From an uncultured Clostridia bacterium (GTDB taxonomy: Bacteria > Acidobacteriota > Blastocatellia > UBA7656), in contig CAZTUB010000014.1 of the NCBI GenBank assembly GCA_964615905.1, positions 88,057-152,056 of the forward strand: a DNA stretch of 64,000 nt, given 5' to 3'. The notes under the pieces are model-generated. The model was not told where the DNA came from. It was given only the letters and a program-made list of their open reading frames with translations, and made no database searches. This document shows, in pieces, positions 40,301 through 49,700 of this stretch (its first letter is position 1; each line of letters begins with the position of its first letter). A program made the position numbers and the translations under genes.

Positions 40301-40473
40301 GCCCCGGCCAGACGCTCAACTATGCTTCCGTCGAAGAGTACCTCAGCTCGAACGGTGACTTTAGGGAGCGCGCAGCGGCTACGCCGGGGTTCAAGACCGA
40401 CCCGCGCTACAACCTCGCGAACTCCTTCCAGTCGCCGCGCGAAGTCCGCTTCGCTTTTGGCATAACCTTCTAG
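37336..40473 (+). CDS. TonB-dependent outer-membrane receptor with an N-terminal carboxypeptidase-regulatory-like domain (Acidobacteria-type CarbopepD_reg_2 + plug), copy 1
   Basis: RBS GAGAGGAGA precedes the ATG at 37336. After the signal peptide comes the CarbopepD motif (GNLSGEVKDPTGAVIAGAIVTA...DSAGVYTFRQLPPGIYTIT), then the plug (NGR-like) and a C-terminal barrel. Confidence 0.85.
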   Translation: MNKRGLPLLRERFKAVGTVLVLLTLSLGQVGSAFSQEVTGNLSGEVKDPTGAVIAGAIVTAASDRQTHDTTTDSAGVYTFRQLPPGIYTITASGTGFGSVKRENVVVEIGRTLQVNFDLKPVATGDTVTVTASDQPIVDVTSSKTATNINEQQIEALPKRTLNFTSVLEVAPGTRNEGKAAGFQVDGASGSENVFVIDGVEVTNIVGGTLGGRTSQTAKNIPLDFVKEVQVKSAGYEAEYGGATGGVFNVVTKGGTNDWHGEIRLEYSSDTFRAEDNPDLLVNRLDQDAETTEYRFNPSGKDNSRFVSPIFSLGGPILKDKLWLFASYAPQYFNRTRRLDLIKAIAPGDTEIVTLNSRDVNYREKDNYYIARLDWAPTSNLSVFGNFINSSIKTEGPPSLLALQTTSNITFSNPRYAFQGGYTPAWQGAGGVSWNITDRLVFSFRGGHTYLNDKGGSYDIPLNTPLVTITVACPSALFNCPAGTTTTGNPTILTNSTTLFDITRRTNLNFDATYIARVFGQQHIFKGGYQTNRLSNKVQFGNSGGRFNFSFDRSRSGQRGQFGFYQVDEFERIGDVSSSNQGFFVQDAWQVHPRFTANLGLRFEKEFLPSFPVVAEFHPTIPEGTEIFSDPIKFGWGDKIAPRLGFAFDVFGNGKLKISGSYSRFFDTMKYELARGSFGGEKFLRTFRKLDTLDIFSINLNNTPGDIISGPSDLRFPSNTQLPGEQPGVDPNIEPYRQHEYSLGAEYAFGRDVVVSARFTRKELDRAIEDIGGALPDGTEIFTIGNPGFGITQEVFDPPTPRAVREYTGLELRLDKRFTNNWYANVSYIRSKLFGNYSGLASSDEFGRTSPNVNRYFDLPEESFNTFGEVNYGRLPTDRPNTFKFFSAYRFDYGLFGKRMETEIGGSQIVYQGIPLSTRINVGIGGSVGLDVYPVGRGDIGRTNVLTQTDLILRQAIPISERVRFNFTMNVTNLFDERNELDRFNLFTGPGQTLNYASVEEYLSSNGDFRERAAATPGFKTDPRYNLANSFQSPREVRFAFGITF

Positions 40474-40507
40474 TCTTCGATCAAAAGACCGGAAGCAGGA
40501 CGATGCC

Positions 40508-40547
40508 CGCCCTTTTCACGGGGCGGGCATCGTTTTTGGTAAAGGGA
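40508..40547. terminator. Rho-independent terminator between convergent TBDR copy 1 and the TPR gene
   Basis: ACGATGCCCGCC-CTTTTCACG-GGGCGGGCATCGT followed by TTTTGG. Confidence 0.65.
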
Positions 40548-40575
40548 TAGTCAGGCGGTAAACGCCCGAAGGTTG

Positions 40576-41586
40576 TCAGCGGGCCTGCGCCGAAGCCTTT
40601 TGCCGCAACTGCTCTATGAGCTTTTTGATCTGGGCGCGTTTTTCGGCCTGTTGCTCGGCCTGCGGCACGGCTTTCAGGTAAGCTTCGAGCGAGTCGGCGG
40701 CCTCGGCGTACTGTCTGTTCTTGCTCTGAAGCTGCGCGAGGGCCAGGTACACTTCCGGGTAAGAGTTTTTTGCCGCGCTCGCGGCCTTCTTCAAAATCGC
40801 TATCGCTTCATCACGCGACTGGTCTTCTTTTGCCAGCTCAAGCCCCAGTCGCATCTGCGTGTTTACCGATTCCGGGTTTAGCTCGTAAGCGCGGCGAAGC
40901 GCGATTATCCCTTCCGCGCGGCGGTTGGTTTCGGCCAGGGTTATGCCGAGACTATAAAAAGCGTGCCACCCGTTTTTGTTCACCTCTACGGCTCGCGCGA
41001 GAAGCGGCAAGGCCGTCTGGTACTCTCGCCGCTCGACATACTTTGTGCCGAGCAGATCAAGCGCCGCGTAGTAATCGGGGAAGATTTCGAGCGCGCGGTT
41101 TAAAGAAGCGGCCGCCGAATCGAAATCGTCTTTGTCGAGGCTCTTGAGCCCTTTGAGGAATTCCTGTTTCGCTTGCTCAGGCACGTCCTGGGCAAAGATT
41201 GTCCCGACCGCCGCGTCCGTCTTGGTCCTTGCGGCGGGCAGCTTCAACACGAAATCGACTCTGAATATCTCGCCGCCTGATGACCGCCCGCTGCTGCCTC
41301 TTCTTACGTTCAGGGGGTTGGCTTCGACTGTTTGCGATTGCCGCTCATAGTCGGTCCCGGCAGGCTCGACCTGTATGATATATGTGCCGCTTGCGAGACC
41401 TCTGAAGCTGAACCGCCCGGACCCATCCGTGTACGTCATGCCTATCTGGGAATAGACATCGTTTTGCAAGATGACGCGGATGTTATCGACCCCCCGGCGC
41501 TCCGGCGACACGACCCTGCCCTCGATAGTATTTCGCACCTGGACCGCAGGCGAGGCGAAAATCAGGATGCTGATGATAAACGCCAA
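40576..41586 (-). CDS. Secreted protein with a carboxypeptidase-regulatory-like beta-sandwich domain plus TPR repeats
   Basis: The TTG start has RBS GAGGA upstream. The N-terminal domain is IEGRVVSPERRGVDNIRVIL...GSGRFSFRGLASGTYIIQV, and TPR repeats follow (AYYSLGI..., ALDLLG...). Confidence 0.75.
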   Translation of the reverse strand: MAFIISILIFASPAVQVRNTIEGRVVSPERRGVDNIRVILQNDVYSQIGMTYTDGSGRFSFRGLASGTYIIQVEPAGTDYERQSQTVEANPLNVRRGSSGRSSGGEIFRVDFVLKLPAARTKTDAAVGTIFAQDVPEQAKQEFLKGLKSLDKDDFDSAAASLNRALEIFPDYYAALDLLGTKYVERREYQTALPLLARAVEVNKNGWHAFYSLGITLAETNRRAEGIIALRRAYELNPESVNTQMRLGLELAKEDQSRDEAIAILKKAASAAKNSYPEVYLALAQLQSKNRQYAEAADSLEAYLKAVPQAEQQAEKRAQIKKLIEQLRQKASAQAR

Positions 41587-42173
41587 AATGGTCTATCCTC
41601 ACAATTTAGGCTGTAAAACCGACCCTCGCTGCAAACGCGCGCCTATTGTACCAGATTTCCAAATCCGGCACTACTTACAGGAAAACGGCACGTTTGATAT
41701 TCAAATTTTTGGAAAACAAATTCACAGTTTCGTATTTACAACCCCGCCGGTCGAGAAGACGAGCCCCCATGATTCAAGGTAAACGGTGAAATAATTGCGT
41801 TTAAGCCGTCGTGTGGGACGGCCGTAGGGCTGGAATAAATTTTGCGTCATTAACCTGCCGTCCAAAACACTACAAGCAGGGAAATTCTAAAGCATCGGTC
41901 GTTTTGCCGCGCGGGCTCAGTCATTGGCTTAGACGAGCCCCCTCGGACGATGAAAGTGGCAGGGTTCCGGCTGCGAGCCTTATATGCAGATACCGCCGAT
42001 CAGAGTTTCGATCAACCTTTGCAAAGTAATCATCAGCCCCCTCTTCAAGTCGAGGCGTCAGTCGACCTGTGCGCTTACTCTATTTTGTAATCTGCCCGGC
42101 CATCGGTTTGACCGAAGCCTGGGCGAAAGCATTCGGTTACTCAAACCCTGAAATTACTTATAGGAGGTTCCAA

Positions 42174-45100
42174 ATGAGGACCATTAAGTTCAAAAAAGCA
42201 TTGGCAACCTGTGTGACGCTGCTGATGCTTATGGCCTGTCTGCCTTTATCGGCGCTGGCCCAAACTGCTAACACAGGGTCTATTGTCGGTGTGGTTAAAG
42301 ACCAGTCCGGGGCCGTCGTGGCTGGCGCAACAGTAAGAGCCATAAACAAATCCACTGGCGCAGAGCGCAGAGTCAACACGGACGATTCGGGCATATTCGA
42401 ATTATCGCCGCTTATCCCGGCCGACTACCGCCTCGAAGTCGAAGCGCCGGGCTTTGGCAAGTTCCAGCAAGACATAACGGTCAACGTGCTTTCAAGGGTC
42501 ACCGTAGACCCCGAGCTCAGGCCCGCCGGGTCTGCCGAGCAAGTGACCGTCACGAGCGAATCGGCGCCTCTTATCGAAACGACGAAGACAGAGGTGGGCG
42601 GCGTCATCACACAGAAGCAGATGGAGAGCCTGCCCGTAAACGGGCGGTCGTTCGCATCGCTCGCGGTGCTTATACCGGGTGCCACGCTTCAGCCGTCTTT
42701 CGACCCGACCAAATCGCGCGTCGGGACGTTTTCCGTGGGCGGCGCGACGGGCCGCAACCTCAACATAACGATTGACGGCGGCGACAACAAAGATAACGCC
42801 GTCGGCGGGTTGTTGCAGAACTTCTCGATGGAAGGCATACAGGAGTTCGCGCTTTCGACCCAGCGGTTCTCGGCCGCAAACGGGCGGTCGGGCGGCGCGC
42901 TGCTTTCGGTCGTCAGCAAGAGCGGCGGCAACGACGTGCACGGAACGGCCTTCGGGTTCTTCCGCCACGACAAGCTGAACGCGAACGCGCCCAAGCTTCT
43001 TGATGAAGCCAACGACGACCTGTTCGAGGACGAAGACATCGTCAAGCCTCCGTTCAACCGCCAGCAGTTCGGCGGCTCGATAGGCGGCCCGATTGTCAGA
43101 GACAAGTTCTTCTTCTTCGGCGCGTACGAGCGCACGCGCGAGCGCGGCAACTCAATCGTGCCGAGCTTCGCCTTTAACGAGATTCAGCTTCTTGAGCCGT
43201 TCGGCTATGAAGCCGTGCGCTTCCTGCCGCAGCCGTTCAACGATCACCAGTACACGATCAAGACCGACTGGAACGCGGCTTCCGATCACAACCTCTCTTT
43301 CCGTTTCGCCGGTCAGAACAACAATGGGTTGAACGACCAGGCGGGCTTCCTGACGGTCTTCACAGACCTTTCGGGCGGCAACACGACCGAAAACGATCTC
43401 TACAACTTCTTAGGGAACTGGACCTGGACGGCAAGCTCGAACGTCGTCAACCAATTCCTCTACCAGTATTCGTATTTCAACAACCAGATCGGCGCGACGA
43501 CAGACCTGCCGAACCTGCTCTTCCCGAGCGGCATCGTGGTCGGTCGCAACTCGAACGTGCCGCAGCAGACCATACAGAAGAAGAGCCAGTTCCGCGACGA
43601 CCTGACCTGGAATCGCGGCAGGCACGGCTTGAAGTTCGGCATCGACTTTACGTGGGTCCACTCCCTCGGCGGTCTGTTCGCGTTCCTCTCGGCTCCGGAA
43701 TATGACTTCATAGCCGACCCGAGCGAGATCATTGGTAACCCCGCCGACTTCCCGCTGGGGCTGGAGACGCCGGGCACGGTTGCCGCGATATTGCTCGCTG
43801 GCGGCGACCCGAGCTTCAACCTGCGCGACGGCGCGAAGCAGATATCCTGGTACGTGCAGGATGACTGGAAAGTCACCCCGCGCCTGACCTTGAACCTCGG
43901 CCTGCGCTACGACGTGGACCTCGGTTTCGTAGACAGCAACAACCAGGACCAGAACCGCACGTTCCGCTTCCTCAATATCATCGGCCACCCCTACGGGCAG
44001 GAAGTTGTCCAGGACGACAAGAACAACTTCTCGCCACGGTTCGGCTTCGCCTATGACTTCACGGGCAGCGGTCGGTCGGTCATTCGCGGCGGCTACGGCA
44101 TCTACTACGACCAGTCGTTTTTGAACGTGCCGCTGTTCTCGGTCCAGCTTGCAAATCCCGAGATCTACGCTTTCATCCTCGACGACAGCGCGGGTCTGAA
44201 CATCAATTCGCCTCCGCCTGCTTTCCCGCGCCCGCTTACGAATCCGCCGATAGGGCTCCCCATCACGGGCCGCCTGATCGACCCGGACTACGAAGCTCCC
44301 TACACGCAGCAGTTCAACCTCGGCTACGCGCAGGAGCTTGGGCGCAACATGGCGCTTGAGTTCGACTTCGTCCACATCCTCGGTCTGCACGAGTTCACGC
44401 AGATCGACATCAACCCGAGGATCGGGCCGCTGCTGGGCCTTGAGCGCGAGGACGCCAGCGCGCCTCGATTGCTCGCGCCGCAGATCGCGGCGAACGCCGC
44501 TGCGCTCATAGCGGAATTCGGGCAGGCGACTCCTTTCAACGGTATCCGCGTTGCTCAATCCGACGGGCGTTCGCGTTACGACGCTTTCACCGTCTCGTTC
44601 AAGAAGCGTTATGCGAACAGGTATCAGTTGAACGCGCACTACACGCTCGCGCGGTCGCAGGCCTGGTTCGGCATCGCTTCCGACTTCGGCCTTCAGCCGC
44701 AGAACCCGTTCAACAAGTTCGACCGCGACGCCAATTTCGGCTACACGGACGAAGACGAGCGGCACAGGTTTGTTCTTTCGGGCGTGTTCGATTTGCCGTG
44801 GGGCATCCAGCTCTCGCCAATCATCCAACTCGCGTCGGCTCGTCCCTACAGCGTTCTTGCTGAGGGCGGCGTCGATATAAACCGTGACGGCGTGCTCAAC
44901 GACCGCGAGACGCGCGACGGCGACGACCAGAACAAACTCCCGCCGGGCACAAAGCGCGGCGACAATTTCAAACAGGTCAACCTCAGAGTCTCGAAGTACA
45001 TCAACTTCACAGAGTCGAAGAGGCTCGGCCTGTTCTTCGAAGCCTTCAACCTGTTCAACACGGGCAATTTCGGAAACCAGTTCGGCCGCACTTTCGGGTC

Positions 45101-45203
45101 GAGCCAGTTTATGAAGCCCGTAAACTTCTTTGGCGCGACGGGCTTTTCAGAGCCGATTGGAATTCCGTTCCAGGCTCAGTTCGGCTTCCGCTTTAGCTTC
45201 TAA
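42174..45203 (+). CDS. TonB-dependent outer-membrane receptor, CarbopepD_reg_2 type, copy 2
   Basis: RBS TAGGAGG precedes the ATG at 42174. CarbopepD motif: GSIVGVVKDQSGAVVAGATVRA...DDSGIFELSPLIPADYRLEV. Plug motif: LPVNGRSFASL. Confidence 0.85.
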   Translation: MRTIKFKKALATCVTLLMLMACLPLSALAQTANTGSIVGVVKDQSGAVVAGATVRAINKSTGAERRVNTDDSGIFELSPLIPADYRLEVEAPGFGKFQQDITVNVLSRVTVDPELRPAGSAEQVTVTSESAPLIETTKTEVGGVITQKQMESLPVNGRSFASLAVLIPGATLQPSFDPTKSRVGTFSVGGATGRNLNITIDGGDNKDNAVGGLLQNFSMEGIQEFALSTQRFSAANGRSGGALLSVVSKSGGNDVHGTAFGFFRHDKLNANAPKLLDEANDDLFEDEDIVKPPFNRQQFGGSIGGPIVRDKFFFFGAYERTRERGNSIVPSFAFNEIQLLEPFGYEAVRFLPQPFNDHQYTIKTDWNAASDHNLSFRFAGQNNNGLNDQAGFLTVFTDLSGGNTTENDLYNFLGNWTWTASSNVVNQFLYQYSYFNNQIGATTDLPNLLFPSGIVVGRNSNVPQQTIQKKSQFRDDLTWNRGRHGLKFGIDFTWVHSLGGLFAFLSAPEYDFIADPSEIIGNPADFPLGLETPGTVAAILLAGGDPSFNLRDGAKQISWYVQDDWKVTPRLTLNLGLRYDVDLGFVDSNNQDQNRTFRFLNIIGHPYGQEVVQDDKNNFSPRFGFAYDFTGSGRSVIRGGYGIYYDQSFLNVPLFSVQLANPEIYAFILDDSAGLNINSPPPAFPRPLTNPPIGLPITGRLIDPDYEAPYTQQFNLGYAQELGRNMALEFDFVHILGLHEFTQIDINPRIGPLLGLEREDASAPRLLAPQIAANAAALIAEFGQATPFNGIRVAQSDGRSRYDAFTVSFKKRYANRYQLNAHYTLARSQAWFGIASDFGLQPQNPFNKFDRDANFGYTDEDERHRFVLSGVFDLPWGIQLSPIIQLASARPYSVLAEGGVDINRDGVLNDRETRDGDDQNKLPPGTKRGDNFKQVNLRVSKYINFTESKRLGLFFEAFNLFNTGNFGNQFGRTFGSSQFMKPVNFFGATGFSEPIGIPFQAQFGFRFSF

Positions 45204-45228
45204 CCGGAAGCTTCGGCCCAAGCCTTCC

Positions 45229-45270
45229 GGGGCCGGGACTCTCGCGAGAGTCCCGGCCCCTTTCTGTCTA
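45229..45270 (+). terminator. Rho-independent terminator after TBDR copy 2
   Basis: A perfect 16-bp palindrome GGGGCCGGGACTCTCG/CGAGAGTCCCGGCCCC followed by TTTCTGTCTATTT. Confidence 0.6.
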
Positions 45271-45394
45271 TTTGAGGCGCTATCTTTGCGCTTGACACCC
45301 GGCGGCCTTCTGAACATGCTTATCTTGCTCAGTCTCCGGCATCCGAACTCTCAGTGGGTCGCAATCTCTACCTGATCTTTGCGAAGGAGCGGTT

Positions 45395-46414
45395 ATGATC
45401 GGGCTACACTCTTTTCGCTTCGCCTCGTTCCGGTTTATATCCATATGCGCCGCGCTCGTTTTGACAGCCTCGTCCGCGTACGCTCAAGGCTCGCACTCGC
45501 TTCAAGGGAAGGTAGGGTTGCCCAACGGCGTTCAGCCCGCCAACCCCGTCAAGGTCACGTTGCTTTTAAGCGGCATGCGGGTCTTTGAAACCTTTACAGA
45601 CCTGAGCGGTCGCTTCGCGTTTTCAGGCTTGCGCAGGGGGCGTTACCAGCTTGTCGCAGAAGGCGACGGCAGAACATTTGAGACGACGAGCGTCTATGCG
45701 GAGATATCGGCTTACGGCAACGCGCCGCAAATCTTTACCCAGAACATCCAGCTTCGGCTCAAACCCGGGGCGTCGGTCCCGCGCGCGACGACCGTCTCGG
45801 CAGACGAGTTTGAGCCAGACCTTCCTATCCAGGCTAAGAAAGAGTTCGAGAAAGGTATGAAGCGTGCCGACGACAATCAGCCCGAAAAGGCTATAAAACA
45901 TTTCAAGACGGCGATTGATGCTTACCCCGATTTTTATTCCGCGCACACGGCCATGGCCGATCAACTCGCCAAGCTCCAGCAATACGCCGAGGCGCTTGAG
46001 GTTTATCAAAAAGCGATCACGCTCAAGCCGAAACGCTTCGAGGGGCACGTCGGCTTAGGCGTAGTCTACGTCAAGCAGAAGAGGTACGACGAAGCGGTCG
46101 TCCCTTTGCGCCAAGCTATTGAACTGGATAAGCGCAGCTCGACGCCGTACCTCTTTTTGGGATTTGCAGAGATGATGACGGGCGAGTACGCGCCCGCCGA
46201 ACAGAACCTGCTGCGCGCGTACGAGATCGATAAGCCGACAATCGCTCACATATATCTGGCAAACCTCTACGAGTTGAGAGGCGAGCCTGAAAAGGCCGTC
46301 GAGCACCTGAAATCGTTTCTCAAAGAGAACCCGGATAACCCTAATTCGGGCCGCATACGCGAGGCGATAGATAAGCTCAAAAAACAGATGAGCGAAAAGA
46401 AAGCCAAGGGCTAG
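45395..46414 (+). CDS. Secreted CarbopepD-like plus TPR-repeat protein (paralog of 40576..41586)
   Basis: RBS AAGGAG precedes the ATG. The N-terminal domain is LQGKVGLPNGVQPANPVKVTLL...LSGRFAFSGLRRGRYQLV, and TPR repeats are recognisable (AHTAMADQLAKLQQYAEALEVYQKAI...). Confidence 0.8.
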   Translation: MIGLHSFRFASFRFISICAALVLTASSAYAQGSHSLQGKVGLPNGVQPANPVKVTLLLSGMRVFETFTDLSGRFAFSGLRRGRYQLVAEGDGRTFETTSVYAEISAYGNAPQIFTQNIQLRLKPGASVPRATTVSADEFEPDLPIQAKKEFEKGMKRADDNQPEKAIKHFKTAIDAYPDFYSAHTAMADQLAKLQQYAEALEVYQKAITLKPKRFEGHVGLGVVYVKQKRYDEAVVPLRQAIELDKRSSTPYLFLGFAEMMTGEYAPAEQNLLRAYEIDKPTIAHIYLANLYELRGEPEKAVEHLKSFLKENPDNPNSGRIREAIDKLKKQMSEKKAKG

Positions 46415-46787
46415 CTTGCCGCTCGGTGCTGGAAAAGTAAGAACTGAAAACCGTAGTTCGGTAAAGTCAATAAATTGAATCTCGAATTCACATTCCCGTA
46501 TAAGTTCATGAAATTGGATTTGTATCCATGTTTTTACAAACCCGCCGCTGCTAAAGCTCGCCCTGTATAAAAGCTAAGCCTAAAGAATCTGCGGGCTTGG
46601 ATCTTGAAACTCCTTTTCGACCCACCTGGAATATGGTTTGCACATCTCGCCTACGCTAACTCTGGAAAAGATCAGCCCGGATACTTTCCGCTGGTGTCGC
46701 TCGAAGCAGTTCTCGATTGCAGAGCGAGACGGCCGGGGTCTGTCTTGGTCAAGCTTTTGTTTGTCGAAGCTTTTCAGGAGGTCAACG

Positions 46788-49700
46788 ATGATAGTTAAGT
46801 TCAAAAAGGTGCTTGTGAGTTTTCTCTCACTGGCGATGATCTTTACGAGCCTTGCGCCCGCGCTTGCGGCGCAAGAGCCGACGGGCGCGATTGAAGGCTT
46901 AATAACCGACCCGCAGGGCGCTATAGTCGCAAACGCGGAAGTGACCGCGCGCAACGTCTCTACGAATCTCAGCCGCACAACCAACACAGGCAGCGACGGG
47001 CGCTATCGCATAGGCCAGCTCCCGCCGGGCAGGTATGAATTGAGGGTCTCTTACAAGGGCTTCAAATCATCCGTGGTCACAGACGTTGAAGTGCTTGTAG
47101 GCGCAAACCTCCCGCTCGATCTCGCGCTCGAAGTAGGCGGCGCGACCGAAACGGTCACGGTCGCAGGCGGCGGCGAAGCGCAGATCGACCGGACCGACAA
47201 CACCGTGTCGGGCGTCGTCGGCACTGTTCAAATAGAGAACCTGCCGCTCAACGGTCGCAACTTCCTCGACCTCGCGCAGCTGCAACCGGGCACGGAGACT
47301 GTCGCGGGCGGCTCGTTCGACCCGACCAAAGCCAACTACACGGGCGTCTCCATCGGTGGCCAGGCGGGCCGGTCAACGCAGATAACGGTTGACGGCGGAT
47401 CGGTCGTCGATAACGTCGTAGGCACGACCACTCAGAATTTTTCGCAAGAGATAGTCCAGGAATTTCAGGTCGGCATATCGAACTTCGACCTCTCGACCGG
47501 CGCGAGCGCGTCGGGCGCGGTCAACATAATCTCGAAGTCGGGCTCGAACAATTTCCACGGCAACGCATACGTCTACTGGCGCGACGAAAAGTTCGCGGCC
47601 TTTCCCGCGCTCAGCCGTCTCGACGCGGCAAACGGCGTAGACCCTGCCGCGCGGACCGACGAGATTCCGTTCGACCGGGAACAGCTCGGCGCCACTTTCG
47701 GCGGCCCCATAAAAAGAGACAAGCTCTTTTTCTTCGCCAACGCCGAATATAACAACCAGGATGCGGTCGCGTTGCACATCCTTCCGAGCTACGCCCCCGG
47801 ATTCAGCGGCTTTACGGGTAACCCGTTTAACGAGCTTCTGCTGACGGGCAAAGTCGATTGGGTCGTCAACGACAAGACGAGCATGCTGTTTCGCTACTCG
47901 CATAACCACAACGACCAGCAGGTCCCGTTCTCGCCGGGCAGCGGAATAGTCCCGCGCGATTCCGCGAGCGGCATATTCACCTCGAACGACCAGATCGTCG
48001 AGAATCGCTCTGACGGGTTTGTCATAGGTATCACGCGCAGCCTTACGTCGAACCTCGTCAACGACCTGCGCTACAACTTCAACGACTTTCACAACTTTGT
48101 CGGCGCGGCAACCGAAAACACACCTGAGCTTCGCATATTCAACTCCGCGACCGATCAGCAGTTCCGCACCGGCACAAACTCTATCGCCCCGCAGGTCACG
48201 GACCAGAGCCGAAACCAGATACGCGACGACCTGACCTGGACCAGGGGCGCGCACACAGTCAGGTTAGGCGGCAACTGGGAGCGCACGTCTATCACGGGCA
48301 CTTTCGTCTTCTCGAACCCCGTGCGCATACGCATATTCGGCCCCGCGTCGGGCGGCCCGGCGGTCCTTCAAACCGAAGAGCAGTTCCTCGACGCGCCTGT
48401 GCGCGATCTGTCATACGGCATAGGCGATGCCACCTTGCCGTTCAACACCGAAGAAGACGCGACCATAAATCACCGCTTCCAGTTCTACGGCAACGATTCG
48501 TGGAAGGTCACGAACAACTTCACGCTCAACTACGGCGTCGCATACCGCATAGACTCGAACCTGTGGAACCACGACCTGCGGCGGCCCGCCTCAATCGCCC
48601 CGCTCTTCACGGGCGGCACAGAGGCTCCGGGGCGCGACACGAACAACATCGCGCCGCGCATAGGGTTTGCGTGGGACCTTACGGGCAAAGGGCGCACGGT
48701 CGTTCGCGGCGGATTTGGCATGTACTATGACACGACCATCGACAACCTGCGGCTGTTCGAGCGCGCGGACCTCGGCCCTCCCGGCGCGCAGCTCTTTCTT
48801 GTCGGCTTCGACGTAGCGAGCGACCTGCTGCCGGGCGGCGACGGCCGGTTCGGCACAAGCCCTACGGGCGCGACGGGTTTTTTGACGCTAAGGGACGCGC
48901 TCGCGCTTTCGCCCGCTGTTCGTGCGGACCTCGAAAGGACCTTCTCTCAGTGCACGCTCCCGACTTCGATTGAATGCGGGATGTTGAGAGGCATATCGCC
49001 TTCCGGCCCTATCTTCTCGACAGATTTCGAAGTGCCTTATTCGCTCCAATACTCGATAGGCATTCAAAAAGAGCTGCCGGCCAACATGGTCTTTCAGGCA
49101 GACTTCAACTACAGAAAAGGCGTGCACGAGCTTCTCACATACGACGCGAACTTCAACGACTCCGTAGACGCTCAGGGCAACCCGACCCCTGTGCTCGATA
49201 TAGGCGTCTCTGTGCCTTATGCCGACTCGTCTGCTTTCTCGACATACAAGGCGCTGTTGCTCAGGCTGGATCGCCGCTTCTCGAACGGCTTCCAGCTGAC
49301 GGGCAGCTACAGCCTTTCGCGGCTGAAAGCGTTCGGCAACGACGCGCTCGGTCTGGCCGACGGGATAGTGACGGACCGCAATAACTTCCGCGCGGACTTC
49401 GGGCCCGCCGGTCTTGATCGCACGCACCGTCTTGTCGTAAGCGGGCTGTGGGCGCTGCCGTTTTTCCAGGACTCGACAGGGTTTAAGAAGGCGCTGCTTG
49501 CCGACTGGACCGTTTCGTTCATCTCGACCGCGTTCAGCGGGCTGCCACAGAGCGCGCAATTGCCCGACGACATAGACATAAACGGGAGCGGCGCGTTCTT
49601 CTCCTATCTGCCCGGCACGGGCAATGGCAGCATCGGGCGCGACATCAGATCGGTTTCGGAGCTGAACGCCCTGATTCGCGATTATAATGCGAACCGCGCT

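Noticed and set aside
43410-44828. A 472-aa minus-strand ORF. Further long antisense ORFs lie at 47373..48254 and 48888..49817 (−), 53214..54437 (+), 10381..11556 (−), 17964..18986 (+), 33941..34813 (−) and 55151..55795 (+).
   Set aside because: All lie wholly inside well-supported genes on the opposite strand and have R/A/V-rich shadow-frame composition.
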